Origin: Bugula neritina
Lineage: Eukaryota; Animalia; Bryozoa
NCBI GenBank assembly: GCA_964035545.1
Contig: CAXIUT010000123.1
Span: 1 to 28,360 of the forward strand
Length of the DNA: 28,360 nucleotides
Reading direction: 5' to 3'
Shown: positions 1 through 12,500 of the stretch, piece after piece
How the letters are laid out: the number at the start of each line of letters is the position of its first letter
Numbering within the stretch: position 1 is the first letter of the stretch
The notes under the pieces: generated by a model
Database searches by the model: none
Seen by the model: the letters and a program-made list of their open reading frames with translations, nothing else
What the model was told of the DNA's origin: nothing
Made by a program: the position numbers and the translations under genes

Positions 1-100
1 CCCAACCCCAACCCCAACCCCAACCCCCAACCCCAACCCCAACCCCAACCCCAACCCCAACCCCAACCCCAACCCCAACCCCAACCCCAACCCCAACCCC
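1..100 (+). repeat. Left telomere, (CCCCAA)n
   Basis: CCC followed by about 16 AACCCC units (one C5 unit). C4A2 is the Tetrahymena-type ciliate telomere repeat, here in the correct 5' orientation. Confidence 0.99.
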
Positions 101-170
101 TAAAAAGATGATATCTTATGACATAGCTATGTTTCAATATCTATTTAATTATTATTTTTAATAATAAAGT

Positions 171-1949
171 ATGTCTGAACAGTTGAAAAACAACTAACTA
201 CTCTACAAAGACCTCTTCCAGACCCACCGCTTTATAGAAGATAACCACTTCGGTTCTAAGATTCCTTCCCCTTAGTGTTCATCAGTCAAAGATCACTATA
301 ATAACAGTGATCACATCTTAGCAGGTAGCTAGCTGGTAGAGCTTTAAAAGTTTGCCAAAGAAACGAATCGACTAAGTGACTCTAACTTGGTGTAAGAAGA
401 GGAAAAAGTAGAAAGACCCCTTAATTCAATGAAATTTAGTTTTAATCCTGGTTATGGGTCATCTTTCAAGATAATCGACAACAAAGTGTCTGAGAATAAT
501 ATAAATGGTTCATCTCTCAAGTAGATATACTTCAAAGAATTTGAGAAGCAGTCTTCAGTGATCAAGACAGTTCAAGAGGCAAGAAGACAACTTTTCGATT
601 CAATAACTTAGAAAAGAAACGCAGTAATGAATAAATAGAATATGGTAGGTTCAATAAAAAGAAATAACCAATAAGATAGATAAAGATTAGCTAAAGTACA
701 TAGTAAGAGTACTCTTCACTCTTAAGGAGTGATTGAAGGTAGATATAAAAAGGATAAGTAGAAAGATGAAGAAGCCTTATCTATTCAATGTCTTCAAGAT
801 TCTTTAGCCAAAAAGAAACAGAAATATGACACTATATCCAAAACATCATATCTCCAGGAAAGTAAAACTGACAAAAAATAAATGATAAATTCACCAACTA
901 AAACAGCACCAAGTAAAGAACATAAAAAGAATAATAATAGAGGGTAGTAAAAATATATAAAATACCTATAATTTTTATTTGAAGAACTAGATATAAATAA
1001 AATAGGAAAACTATCAAGTAACAACTGCTAGTATACTAACATCAAATAGTAGTTTAAAATAGGTTTTGGATATATCATTGTTAGAATCAAATTTAAAAAC
1101 CTTGTCCTCAACCTTAAATAATTTATATAACTAGGACTCCAAACCATTAAAGACCTTGATTCTGAATAGTTTAATCAACTCTTTAATAACATAGAATAAG
1201 TAAAAAATTAAATCAAAACCATTTCTCAAAAAATAAATCAAACAGTCAAAAAAGCTAATAAAACTCCAGAAAAATAAACAAATTATCACACAAAAACATA
1301 GTACAACTCAAAGTCTCCATAAAAATATCAAAACTATCTCAAATAGATATCAATATAAAAGTATAGAAAAAGTTAAGAAAAATAAGAAAATAAAAGATAT
1401 TATTTAGACAGACAAAGTTATAGTCCTACCTTCAAATAAAGTCATTATTCTATAAATAGAAGGTCTAGCTAATAACAGAACAAAAAATAGTCTAACTAAT
1501 AACAGAACAGAAGATAGTCTAACAAATAACAGAACAGAAGATAGTCAAATTAATAACAGAACAGAAGATAGTCAAAGTCATACCTCTAGTACAAAAATAA
1601 AAGAAACAACAAAAGTAGAAAAATAAGTCTTAGCAAGGAAGAAGCCGAAGGTCTTTTGATGAAATACTACAAAAATAACGATAAAAACAAAGAATAATAC
1701 GACTATATATACACTATGTTAACATCCAAAGAAACTCAACCTCTAAAAGATATTTCTCCAGTCATGAAAAAGAAAATAAGAAATATTTCTTAATAAATGA
1801 TTAGAGAACATAAAAGAAATTTAAAAGAACTTATAAAACTCAATTAAAAAATGGAAATTTATATGTCCAACAGCAGAAAAAGACTTGAAGAATTATCAAA
1901 TGAAAAGTACGAAAAAGGATATCATAGAAATTATATAAACAAACAATGA
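171..1949 (+). CDS. Hypothetical K/N/E-rich protein, 592 aa, with one degenerate EF-hand-like motif
   Basis: Uninterrupted ATG..TGA frame of 1779 nt when TAA/TAG are read as sense (MSEQLKNNELLYKDLF...HRNYINKQ*). Contains LFEELDINKIGKLS near 975-1020. Confidence 0.85.
1464..1571 (+). repeat. 4 x 27-nt in-frame tandem repeat (SNEEQNRRE)
   Basis: Unit TCTAACTAATAACAGAACAGAAGATAG starts at 1464, 1491, 1518 and 1545. Confidence 0.95.
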
Positions 1950-2095
1950 TCTATTCTTAAATTATCATATTTATAAAGACCACCATAAATACATCCAACT
2001 AGAGAGCTTATTTCAAGTTGAAACTCGAATTATTTAAATATCTATCTTAATTTATCTAATTATCTCATAAACGATATTATTAAACATTCCTTGAA

Positions 2096-3348
2096 ATGAG
2101 CCGTACATCTAGAAGCAAAAGTCAGCCTCGTGGTCCCTAGTACTCCCTCCTAACTCAGCGTATAAGTCCACATTTCCACCTGGAATAAAGACTCCCACGG
2201 CCTCTACGACTACTAAGCCCAAGAAGACAACTATACAAAAGAAATTCAATACATCAAAAGTTCCTGTAAAATTTACAGAGACAACTGTAAAGCAGAAGCA
2301 GTATCTTTTACCATAGTCAGGTCATCGAAGCTAATGGTAAACACATCGACAATAGCCATAATAACTCACTCATCGCAGAAGTCCTCATTGACAAAAACAA
2401 AACCAACCCTTAGTTCAAATTGAAATGCCATCTCAAAAAAGAAATAGAAACGCAAACTCTCTAACCTGCTTCTCCCTATCGAACTCCTTATCTTGTTGTT
2501 AAATAATTTACAAAAAATGGTTCCATTAATGGCTATCCTCTAAGTAAAACCTTATCTAACTAGAGCCTGGCAACATCATCAAATTTGGAAGGATCGAGTA
2601 CATGGTGATTGAATCGAAAAATGATACTGAAACCTGTACCATCAGAAACACCAATCATTTCGACTAGACCAATGGAGTTTTCTAAATTCAAAAGCACCTT
2701 TCAGAACATGACAAAGCAGTTCAAGAAGGATAAAGTAGTTGCAAAGTTTGTCTCTGCTCTTAATAGACAGACAATGACCCTTTGATATCTCCTTGCAAGT
2801 GCAAAGGCAGCTGTCGACTTATCCATGTTGGTTGTTTGAGGACCTGGATCAATAGTAAAGTAAAAAAGGAGGTCAAGGGCATCGTTCAAAGCTACAATTT
2901 TACCAAATTTGAATGCTAAATATGCAAATCACCCTTTCCTCAGATCGTAAGATTCGGCAACAACCAAGACATATAGATGATGACGATTTCTAAACCAAAG
3001 AAGCCATATATTTTATTTTAAAGTCTAGGTAACAAACAGGAACACAATAGAGAAGAACGTTGGCTTCACCTAGTCTCCAGCTAGTAAAACTCTTCAATCA
3101 AAATAGGCAGAGGTCATGACTGCTAAATCAGAATTACTGATATTTCTGTATCCCGAAAACACGCAGAGATAGTATTGAAGGAAGGGGATTTTTATTTAGC
3201 TGATACAAAGGCCAAATTTGGAACTCTTATTCGACTACAAGAAGACTTCAACCTAACTTCGAATAGACCCATCAGAATTCAACTAGCAAGGACAGTCTTT
3301 GAGTTCAAACTCAAATCAGATCTCATCTAAGAAGTAGATACTGAATGA
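2096..3348 (+). CDS. FHA + RING-variant (C4HC3) domain protein, probable E3 ligase, 397 aa, 3 introns
   Basis: Motifs TWNKDSHGLYDYE, PGNIIKFGRIEY, CKVCL..DPLISPCKCKGSCRLIHVGCLRTWI..ECEICK, and FHA motif IGRGHDCEIRITDISVSRKHA..AKFGTL. The frame closes exactly after removing introns 2140-2158, 2301-2320 and 2544-2563. Confidence 0.93.
2140..2158 (+). other. 19-nt spliceosomal intron
   Basis: gtactccctcctaactcag; removal puts the ATG in frame with TWNKDSHGLYDYE. Confidence 0.85.
2301..2320 (+). other. 20-nt spliceosomal intron
   Basis: gtatcttttaccatagtcag; removal restores the frame. Confidence 0.8.
2544..2563 (+). other. 20-nt spliceosomal intron
   Basis: gtaaaaccttatctaactag; removal yields GYPLKPGNIIKFGR. 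Confidence 0.88.
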
Positions 3349-3522
3349 TCTTCATAGCTCTCAAACTATGATCAATAATTATATTATTCTATTTTTCATT
3401 AGTCACTGAGTCAAAATGACCTTGATTTCTAAGGTGCTTCTATCTATATTAGACTATTTGATCGAATCTCAATACTTAAATATTTATAAATTAATGATTT
3501 AATAACAGAAACAGTAATATCA

Positions 3523-3597
3523 GGGGTTGGGGTTGGGGTTGGGGTTGGGGTTGGGGTTGGGGTTGGGGTTGGGGTTGGGGTTGGGGTTGGGGTTGGG
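3523..3597 (+). repeat. Right telomere of piece 1, (GGGGTT)12GGG, now internal in the window
   Basis: 75-nt perfect G4T2 array, followed directly by coding sequence of another gene. Confidence 0.98.
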
Positions 3598-6500
3598 AGC
3601 CTCTATTTCCACAAAGAGGATAAAGATCAAACTTAACTGCTCCTCAGATTTTCTCTCACCCTGGTTCTCTCCACTCATAGCTAATTTATAAGATACAACT
3701 TCTTCATTTAGATTTATGTTTTCAGAAGAAAGACGACTTATCTCCTGGTTAAGAACTTTTATCTGAATAATCTAAAATCTACCCTTGTGTCAAGCATTTT
3801 AGCTTTTTCAAGTTATATTTAGAAGAAGTGATTTTTGTTTTGAAGGTGAGAGTTTTGATTACTCAAATTAGACAAAATTTGTCTTAGTTGCAAGTACTCT
3901 TTCTATAATTAAAGGTTTCTAGATATCAGTAGAGGTACTTGTTCTCATAGGTTGCCAAGCTGATTCGACTCTGTTGTTGATTGTTCCTCATAAAGTTGTA
4001 CTCGATCTCGAATGATCTTAAAACCCCTGTCACTCTTTACAACTAATCCTCTAAGACAAACACCTTTTCAAGCAAATCTTCTTGATCAGTTCCTTTAGTT
4101 TATAAACTTTCGAGTTTATCCATTGATCTACTGGTGCAATCGACCCATTTCCTAACTTACACTTTCAAACGAACTATTTGTTCATTCGCTATTATTAATT
4201 TGCCTTCACTTTCTTGGAGTTTTTTTTGAAGTCCTCTAAAAGACTGTTAAAGACGAATATTATTATTTTTCAACTAAGAAATTTATCTAAAAGCATTTTA
4301 GTTATGACTTCTTTCTTCTGATAGTTTTTTGATAGATATTTAGAGATCCCTAGTTTGATTTTGATTGTTTTTTGACTCTTGAATAATACTTTTTGTTTTT
4401 GCAAGTTAGAGTTCTGTATTTTAGTATTTATTTTTCAAAGAAAGATAGCTTTCCTAATTTTTTGTTATTTGAGTATTTCTTATTTAAATAACCTTTTTAA
4501 GATTATCTACTTATTTGCTTAGAACCAACAATCTGTTTTGACTATGCTTCTAAAAATTACTTTCTTGTGACTAGTACTTTGCTATTATTTTCTTATATTC
4601 TGATATTTATCTATTTTTAGCCACTAGTTCTTCATTTATCTTTCCACTCTCATTCGATCTTACACTGATAGATTCATTTGTTTTCTACAATATACTTATA
4701 ATTTTGATCTGTTCCTGGTAGACTAGATCTATCTTTTGAGCTAACATACCTACTTCTCCTCTCTGGTTGTTTAGCTCAATCTATTTCTTTCCAACCATCT
4801 CATTCAACCTTTATATTTCCTTTAAAAACACCTAAAAGTTTTCTTTGGATTACTCAGCTCGATTTATCCATTCATTCGTCTTTTAATTGATTTATTTTAA
4901 ACTTTGAATATCTCTTTTTTTATTTTAAACAGTATCTGTCAATTGTTTATTTTATGCGTTAAGTTAAACAAGAATATTGTCCTTTTATTTTAGAAGCAAG
5001 GCAACTCTTTATAATTAATTAGTTAAGTTTAAAGTTCTACTATCTGCTTCTTTTAGTTCAAAATTCAATTATAGAACTTTATTTGACTAGTCAGTAGTCT
5101 TCTGTTTATAGTTTTATATTTCAGAATCTTTTGTAGATAATTCTTTGGATTTAGTATTTAATTATATTTTTAGTGATTGAATTTATTTTTAATACGTCTA
5201 TGTTTTAATAATATAGTTTTTAACCTAACTATTCTTATTATTAAACATTATTTATTTCTACCTCCGACTCTGATCTAATAGCTTCTATAAGTTTTGTATT
5301 TTAAGACCCATTGAAGTATTTTCCTCTTTCTTTTCCCTCAATCTCTACTCCCAATCTCGACGAGTTGTATCTATTATAGTACTCTGACTAATCGTAGAAT
5401 GTTTCAATTGCTTTATCTCATTCTATTTGTTTCCCATCTACAATAAAACCCCTTTCAGCTCATTTCTCACACCTCCCAGCTCCAGCTAGTGTCTCTTTAA
5501 TTCCTTCGTCTTCTAACTTATCTCTTTGTTCTTTTGCTCTTTTTCCCTTAACAATTGCTATCTTTCTTTTAATAGCCCATCTCTTTATCTATCACTATTC
5601 TCAAAATCTATTATCATGCTCTATTTTTGCTTATATATCACATCATACTACTTCTTTATCACATCGAATCTCATGATTAACTACCCATGCTCTCTGGCTA
5701 ACTGCTACCTCTCTACCTAGACTTTATTCTTATTATTAGTCATTTCCTGTAAAGCAGTTCGAGTTCTCCCCAATTAATGCATATACTCATTACTTTTATC
5801 ACTAAATTCTTTCTCGTTCATCTGAAATCGACTCTATCTTTCTTGCATATCTTTAATCAAAGTCTATTTATATACCAATTTTTAGTGATACTAATGTAGT
5901 TGCAGGTTTAGAGCTGAATTATTATTTTTTATATCTATATTCTCCTTTCTCAATCTCTAAATAGCTGATTTACTCTCTCCATAATTTAAATCACTTTGTT
6001 TCATCTTTGAATCCTGATCCTAAAAGATAGTCTTCAGCTTCTAATTCTACTTACGCAACTGATCGAGCAAATGTCTCAATCTTTCGACTTATTGTGATAC
6101 CATGGCCAACTTCTACTCATATTCAAGCTTGATTTCTTCAGCTGTATCTTTCTATTTCTAAACTATCATTAAACTATCCTTCATTTTTATCATTTCTATT
6201 TCGTAGCTACTCTTGGCAATCGATAAATTAGATAACAAATTCTGGGATTTTTAAAAGGTTATTCTATCTCGACTGTAGTCTATCTATTATATAGTTTACT
6301 TAATTAGTTTTATTCGATCTTTTTCTTTAAACGATGAACCTCTTTAAGGAGAATATCATTCTTACCTACAGTATCCTTTAATCCTATGATAGCTTATTCA
6401 TATTTTATTCGTAAATCTCTCATCTATTTATCATAGTCTGTTTTCAAATCTCTAATCTATTTTTCTTTTTAGTCCACCATTCTCTTATATTCATTCAATT

Positions 6501-6833
6501 GGATTTCATTTATGTTTGATTAGCCTTGACTCTTATCATGAAGAATATTGATATAATTGGTAAGAGTTTGCTTTTGACGATAGTTTTACTATCTAAGTTT
6601 ATTATTTTAATTTCTAAGGTGATTGATTTCCTCTTAGTGAATTCGAACAACTTCATTATGACTAGTAAACCTCTATCTTCCTTTAAACATACTCAATTAA
6701 TAGATTAGTACTTTGTAACATTAGCAGAAGTGAAGTGCTCTACCCCTTCAATAGAAGTTTCAAGTACTGAAGGCTCGTTATTGTATGTCCTAGAACTAAT
6801 CTACTGAATATTCAACAAAGAATGCTGACTCAT
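3598..6833 (-). CDS. Long coiled-coil protein (about 1060 aa), 3' end truncated at the junction, several apparent indel errors
   Basis: Starts MSQHSLLNIQ. Heptad-rich, with recurring motifs such as KLAMVSQEVERLR, LSKEVDNLKK and LNQEISRL. Runs without a stop (..LIFILFVEIEA) into the telomere array at 3597. Introns at 6692-6711 and 3763-3782. Confidence 0.8.
3763..3782 (-). other. 20-nt spliceosomal intron
   Basis: gtagattttagattattcag; removal joins EKAKMLDTR to IKVLNQEISR. Confidence 0.8.
6692..6711 (-). other. Probable 20-nt intron with GAG acceptor
   Basis: gtactaatctattaattgag; removes an in-frame TGA, restores the frame and obeys the GTA..A(-6)..AG pattern. An indel error cannot be excluded. 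Confidence 0.6.
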
Positions 6834-6879
6834 GAGATCTTAACCTCTTTCTATATTATAACTACTCAACTTAATTAAA

Positions 6880-8464
6880 TCACAAAGATAAAATAAAACA
6901 TGGGTTACGTACAGTACTCGACAACTTCAACTACTGTCCAGATGTCATCACTGTTACTTTAGGATTCACTTGGCAGTTCAAAAATATCAATGTGTTGCGA
7001 GGAATCGTTCTGTAAAATGCTTTAAAAGACTCTTAAAATTCTTTGTAGTATAATTACCATTCGATACTCTACCTTTTCTGAATCCTAGTCAACAATAGAT
7101 TAGGAATAGCCACATCTCTTTTCATATACTTACTTACTATTCTAAACAAATTAGCTGCTTTTTAACAGTACTCAGTTTTCTAATAATGATTACCTTTAAA
7201 AGCCTTCATTTCCTATATTTAAGTCAATTTACATAATCGATAGCATAGTCAATAATGGCTACAGACTTTTTTCTTTCTTGGATCTCACTTAAAACAGTAT
7301 ATTCTTTCTTTTTCACCTGTTAGTCATTTTAAATTTTAGCTCTAACCAACTGAAGAGTAGCCAAACAGTCTTCTTTCGAGTCATGAGCTCCATTTTGTAT
7401 TTTTTGCTTTATACATTGTAAAATACTTTCAATATTCTATCAGCAAGGTTTTTTAACTTAAATTTAATGCCATTTTTAGTCATAAACAATAAACAGCTAT
7501 CTATAACTCGAGAATAGACTATTTTCATAGCTCTAAGATCATTTTCTAATGAATGTCCCACCAAAATAGTTTATTTTCTCATAGCTTTCTATAGAAATGG
7601 ATATAATTTATTTTAAATGGTATTGCTAACATTTTTTAACATTTATTATGTAATACCGCTAAATTAAGTATTATAGTTAGTAATCTATACTTAAGGTTTA
7701 AACAGCTCATCGAATATAACCTATCCGTCAAAATTAACAATAGTTGCTCTTGCCAACTAAAAACCTGAATCACTAATGACCATCTAACAATCTATGATCA
7801 ATATCTTATTTTTCCATTCTATCTATTATATATTTTAGTTTTTTACTTCATAAAAATCTTAATATAGTGGCATTGATCGATTAGGATAGAGATGTAACTT
7901 CATTTCAGCTGAAGTAAGCATATATTGTTAATATTTTGCAAATAGAGTTTAATTCAGATGAGAATATGTACTATTCTACTGTTTTTTATTGGTTATTTCT
8001 TTTATATTTTGTTAATTTTAGCAACACAACAAACATTCCCAAAGGTCGTCCCCGAATATCCTATTATTAAACTTAAAACAAGCCTTATTTTCATTTCTAA
8101 CCAAAGAACCTAAAAACTCCAGTTCCTTCTTTGCCAACATCTCCTAGAACAAGTTACTTTCGATCTATAAGTCAATATAAATGATTTGCTCTATCAAAGA
8201 TTGTCTCTTAATTGACAACCACATCGGATTTGGGACTGTTTGAGTCAATATATATCTTATATAGTTTTGAAGAGAACGATGACTGTAGTAGCGATGTACT
8301 CTTGAAAAGTCACATATTGATACAACTAGTTGTGTCTTTTTGCTCCTTACTACAATCCACTCATCTTCCTTCTCCTTTGAATCGTCCTTTTGCTATTCAT
8401 TTAATTTGACCTTTTTCGATGGCTTTCCGCTTTGTTATTCAACCTCTTAAAAAGTTGGCTACAT
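6880..8464 (-). CDS. DEDDh 3'-5' RNA exonuclease, REX1/RNH70/REXO1-REXO5 family
   Basis: ExoI IIDCEMV..GFELARATIVNFDG, YNTEFSGIT, ExoII ILVGHSLENDLRAMK..VIDS, ExoIII IQNGAHDSKED, C-terminal IPRNTLIFL. Introns 7407-7426 and 7213-7232. One unexplained frameshift near 8250-8290, so the start is inferred. Confidence 0.9.
7213..7232 (-). other. 20-nt spliceosomal intron
   Basis: gtaaattgacttaaatatag; contains an in-frame TGA, and removal restores the frame to the C-terminus. Confidence 0.85.
7407..7426 (-). other. 20-nt spliceosomal intron with AAG acceptor
   Basis: gtattttacaatgtataaag; removal gives ILKQKIQNGAHDSKED (ExoIII). Confidence 0.85.
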
Positions 8465-8574
8465 CTGTTGATAATTCTATCTATAGCTATATCAATATTA
8501 TATCAATGAACTAACTTTTGAACTTTATTTGATTGATTTATTGCTACTAAAGCTCAAACAAATTTATAATCATA
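8465..8574. promoter_or_regulatory. 110-nt divergent intergenic region, probable shared or bidirectional promoter
   Basis: AT-rich spacer between the head-to-head ATGs of the exonuclease and MEMO1. Positional inference only. Confidence 0.5.
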
Positions 8575-9484
8575 ATGCTGAAACAATATAGACAGTGCTT
8601 ACACTCAGGATAGTGGTACACCAACAAACGTATCTCAATCTCACTTAGCCGCATAACTTTATGCAGAACTTGGCTCCTACGTCAACAAAGCAAAAAAAAA
8701 TTAAAACCCAAAACTAGTCAAAGCTTTAATTGCACCTCATGCTGGACTCTACTTCAGTGGACCAACTGCAGCATGGGCATATCAATATGTTACCCGTCCC
8801 CACAATATTTAAAGAGTTTTTATCTTGGGACCTTCCCACCATAAATATTTCACAGGTTGCAGTTTGACCTATATGGACCAATATAGGACTCCAATGGGTC
8901 CTCTTGAAGTTGATATTGATGTGGTTTAGGCTTTAAAGAAAGAATAAGGTTTTTTTATGTTGGATATTGATGATGAATAAGACGAACATAGTATTGAAAT
9001 GCAACTACCTTTTATCCATAAAGTAATAGGGAACAAAGTAAAAATAGTGCCTATTTTAACAGGTCCAGTAAATGAATAAATGGCATCGAATTATGGGCGC
9101 ATATTTGCTCCTTATTTTGACGATCCTAAAACTTTATTCATTTTTTCAACTGATTTTTGCCACTGGGGGTCAAAATACTAATTCACTTATCACAATCAAG
9201 ACCACGGACAAATATGGCAAGGCATCGAAAGACTAGATGGCGAAGGCATGAACCATATCCAAAGTCATCACTTTAAATAGTTTTAAAATTATATAAAAAG
9301 CACAGAGAACACTATCTGTGGAAGACATGTCCTTTTCATATTCTTAAAAATGATATAGAATTCACAGCTTAAAATAAAAACCAAATTTGTTAAATATTCA
9401 CAGTCAGAACAAGTCAAAAAAAATGACCAAAACTCAGTTAGTTATGCCAGTGCCATTTCTTTTCTTCAAGAATAAGCAAAATGA
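8575..9484 (+). CDS. MEMO1: MEMO1 family protein (AmmeMemoRadiSam protein B-like), 296 aa, 1 intron
   Basis: Motifs [72 protein letters not shown]. The frame is exact after removing 8630-8648. Confidence 0.96.
8630..8648 (+). other. 19-nt spliceosomal intron
   Basis: gtatctcaatctcacttag; removal joins WYTNK to PAELYAEL in frame. Confidence 0.88.
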
Positions 9485-9537
9485 TTAAACTACAGTCTTT
9501 TTATATATTGGATAATGATTAATAATATTTTAGATGA

Positions 9538-12500
9538 TCAAGTTTCTGCGAATCCAGAGTAAATAACCAAAGAGCTAGTTGGCATATCTACTTTTTTATA
9601 AAACAAAAGATAGGCATCATCAATAAATTCTTGATCTTGTTTAACTATATCAGAAAAGTCATCATCAAAATTAACCCAAATTTTTTTGTTTTAATAAGGA
9701 TGTTTCCTTTTGGTCATACAAGTATAGTGACCGGATTGACTATTTCCATTATGTCTTACAAAAGCGTATAACTAGTATAACTTTCCCTGGACTATTGCTG
9801 AAAATTGAGAAGAATCTAGAAATTCCAACCATTTCAACCTCAAATCCAACTTGATCAGATGTCCTTATGATGTGTATCTGAATTATTTCATATGGAAAAC
9901 TAAAATATTAGGCATTGCTCCAATCAACTGTTCAAGAGTCTGATATCTCTACTTACATTTATCACACTCCATCTCTACCCTTTCCTTTTGGTTATGCAAA
10001 CCAATACACTCTTCCAAGTTTATGAATTCCTCCAGTCGACGCTCCTCAACTCGTTTCGAAAGGTGATCTAATTCGATATAAGAACAAAAAGTTGAATTAC
10101 AAACTGAAAAATTAATCCAATCCACATAGATCCAAAAGTTTTGATTTTAGCTGACCATCCTAATGGCGCCTCTTTATCAAAAGATCCACAACACTCTCTC
10201 AAATCATCCTCACTCATATTGAAAAAAGGAGCTTCTTTCAAACAAAATATACATCGAGCCCTACTAGGATCCAACAAACGAATCAAGTAGTCTCCTTTCT
10301 ACTGATCTGAACTCACCTTAGCATCTTTCCCCTTCACATTGCTTATATACTGTTCCACCAACTTTATTATATCATTATATGATGCCCATCGAGGAATGCC
10401 AACCAAAAACTCTAATCCAAAATGCTATAGCTTTTTAAGAGATGAGTTATATTTCCTCAGATGTAACTTCTTAAGATTTGGATCACTCGTATGAGTACCT
10501 ATCTTTGCAATATTTTACTAAAATTGCTTTTTTTATATTTTAGTCTTCTCTATCTCATTCTACTGGTTCAAGTATTCGATTTGAATTTGGTCTTTTTATC
10601 AACTTCCTTATTGGGTACTCGACAAACTGTCCAGTAAGCCTAACTACTTTAGAATATCTCTTACTTAGGTTACCAACTGAAAATCCATAAAACGCTCTCG
10701 ACAATCCCTCGTACTTGATTTCATTTCCTCTTTCTTAGTCTAACTCATCTCGTCCTTTTTGGCTTTGAGCAATTAGTAGTAAGTTCTGATAGGTATTTTT
10801 TCATAAGCAACTAAAGAAATATTGGGGACAATGCCTAAATCTCTGTATAAAAGTTAACTAACATGATTTTTTTTTGATTGAATGAGTTATTGGAAAGTTC
10901 TTTTTTTATTTGTTTCAATGAATTGTTATTGGCTTCACAGAAGTTAAAATCTTTTTTATTTTATCCTGTTTTTTCCTAAAAAGCCTATATATAGTCATTC
11001 TAGATAATCAAAGAGGTACCACTGTAGCATTTTTATGCAATTTAAATATAATCTTTTTAATCATATTGGAAGTCACAGGCACCACAACTATGCTGTAGTA
11101 GTTGAATTCAGCTTCAGGTAAAGGTAAACTCAAAATGTACATCTTCTAGTCGATAGTTTTCATGTTTTTGCAAGATAAACAAGTTAACTTAGACTGATTT
11201 TTACCTCCAAACAAATAATCAATGACTGTAGGCTTTTACTACAGCTCTTCAGCTATTTTATCCAACAGTAAATTCAAAAACTACTGGGCATCATGTTGAT
11301 CATAGCCGCTAAACAAAGGCATATAAATATCAATTAACTTTTTGAACTGATAAGGTGAAGCTTTTTCATTTTTCAACAATGATTTAGCAATACAACTTAG
11401 TCCATAACCAATGGGATGTTTATTTTAATTGAAGGGAAATTCCTGAAGAAAAGTATCTAGCACAGGAGTAGCAACCAAGCACTGCATTATAGAATTCATA
11501 AAACATGTATTCCCAATATTGATGAGTCCTCGAAGTAAACTATCATTTTTATTTTTAGTTGGTAAAACACTTTAATTCAGTTCAGAATAAGAGACTTCTT
11601 CTCGAGATACTTCAATCTAGTAGAGATAAGAATAACCAATAAAATGTATCTTTAGTTTCTTCTCACTCAAACCTATTATAAAAGCTTCAGATGTTGTTTT
11701 GATATAAGGAAAGTAAGTAAATACTTTATCTCCTAGATCTAGTGTTTGTTAAGTTAGTTATTTTCTAAAATTTTATGATATAAATTTTTATTTATTTTTT
11801 GCAAAGACAACAAAAAATCTAGGATCTAAAGAAATATCAGTTCCTATTTTGTTGGTATCTATTTATCTCCAATTTTTTTAATTAAAATTTTTAGTAAATA
11901 TCCCTAACTACTATGAATCAATAAGTCCCTTTGTATCACATAAAGAACCAACCTTTTTAGATACTGATAGCTGTTTCAAACACTGAGATTTATAAACATA
12001 TTTACCTTTTTATCAGCTTCTAGATATAAAACAGTTTTTGGGTAAAATTATATAGTTTATTAATTGATAGCTGTTCTTTTGAGTTCTTGTTCTGGAGGGT
12101 GCAAAGAACATAATAGTTTCCATAAACTTTATGTTATAGTTCTAACTTGTTAGGAAACTTTCAAATTTTATTTCAATTATCCTCGATATTATCCCTGAAT
12201 ATCATCAAAATTAATAGAATTAGGTTGTTATACAAGAGAATTACCGATCTAGCTTGTTTTTTATGATCACAGAATTACCTCTATTTGAATCATTCAAGCG
12301 ATTCTTTTTTTTTCTACGAGGATTTGCTGTTTTATCCATAGTTTTTAGCATTTTAGTTGACTTTATATGGCTATTTTATTGAGTATGATTCACTTCCTGA
12401 TAGTAAAAAGACCTACATCAATCATCAAATACCATCGATTATACCATTCATTCGAAAGAAGATAGTACTATCCTCCAGTAACCAAGTAATTAAAGTCGCA

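Larger units (their letters stand above)
1..3597. other. Complete telomere-to-telomere macronuclear minichromosome carrying two tandem genes
   Basis: (CCCCAA)n at 1-100 and (GGGGTT)n at 3523-3597 enclose two intact co-oriented CDSs. Subtelomeres are 70 nt and 174 nt. Confidence 0.9.
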
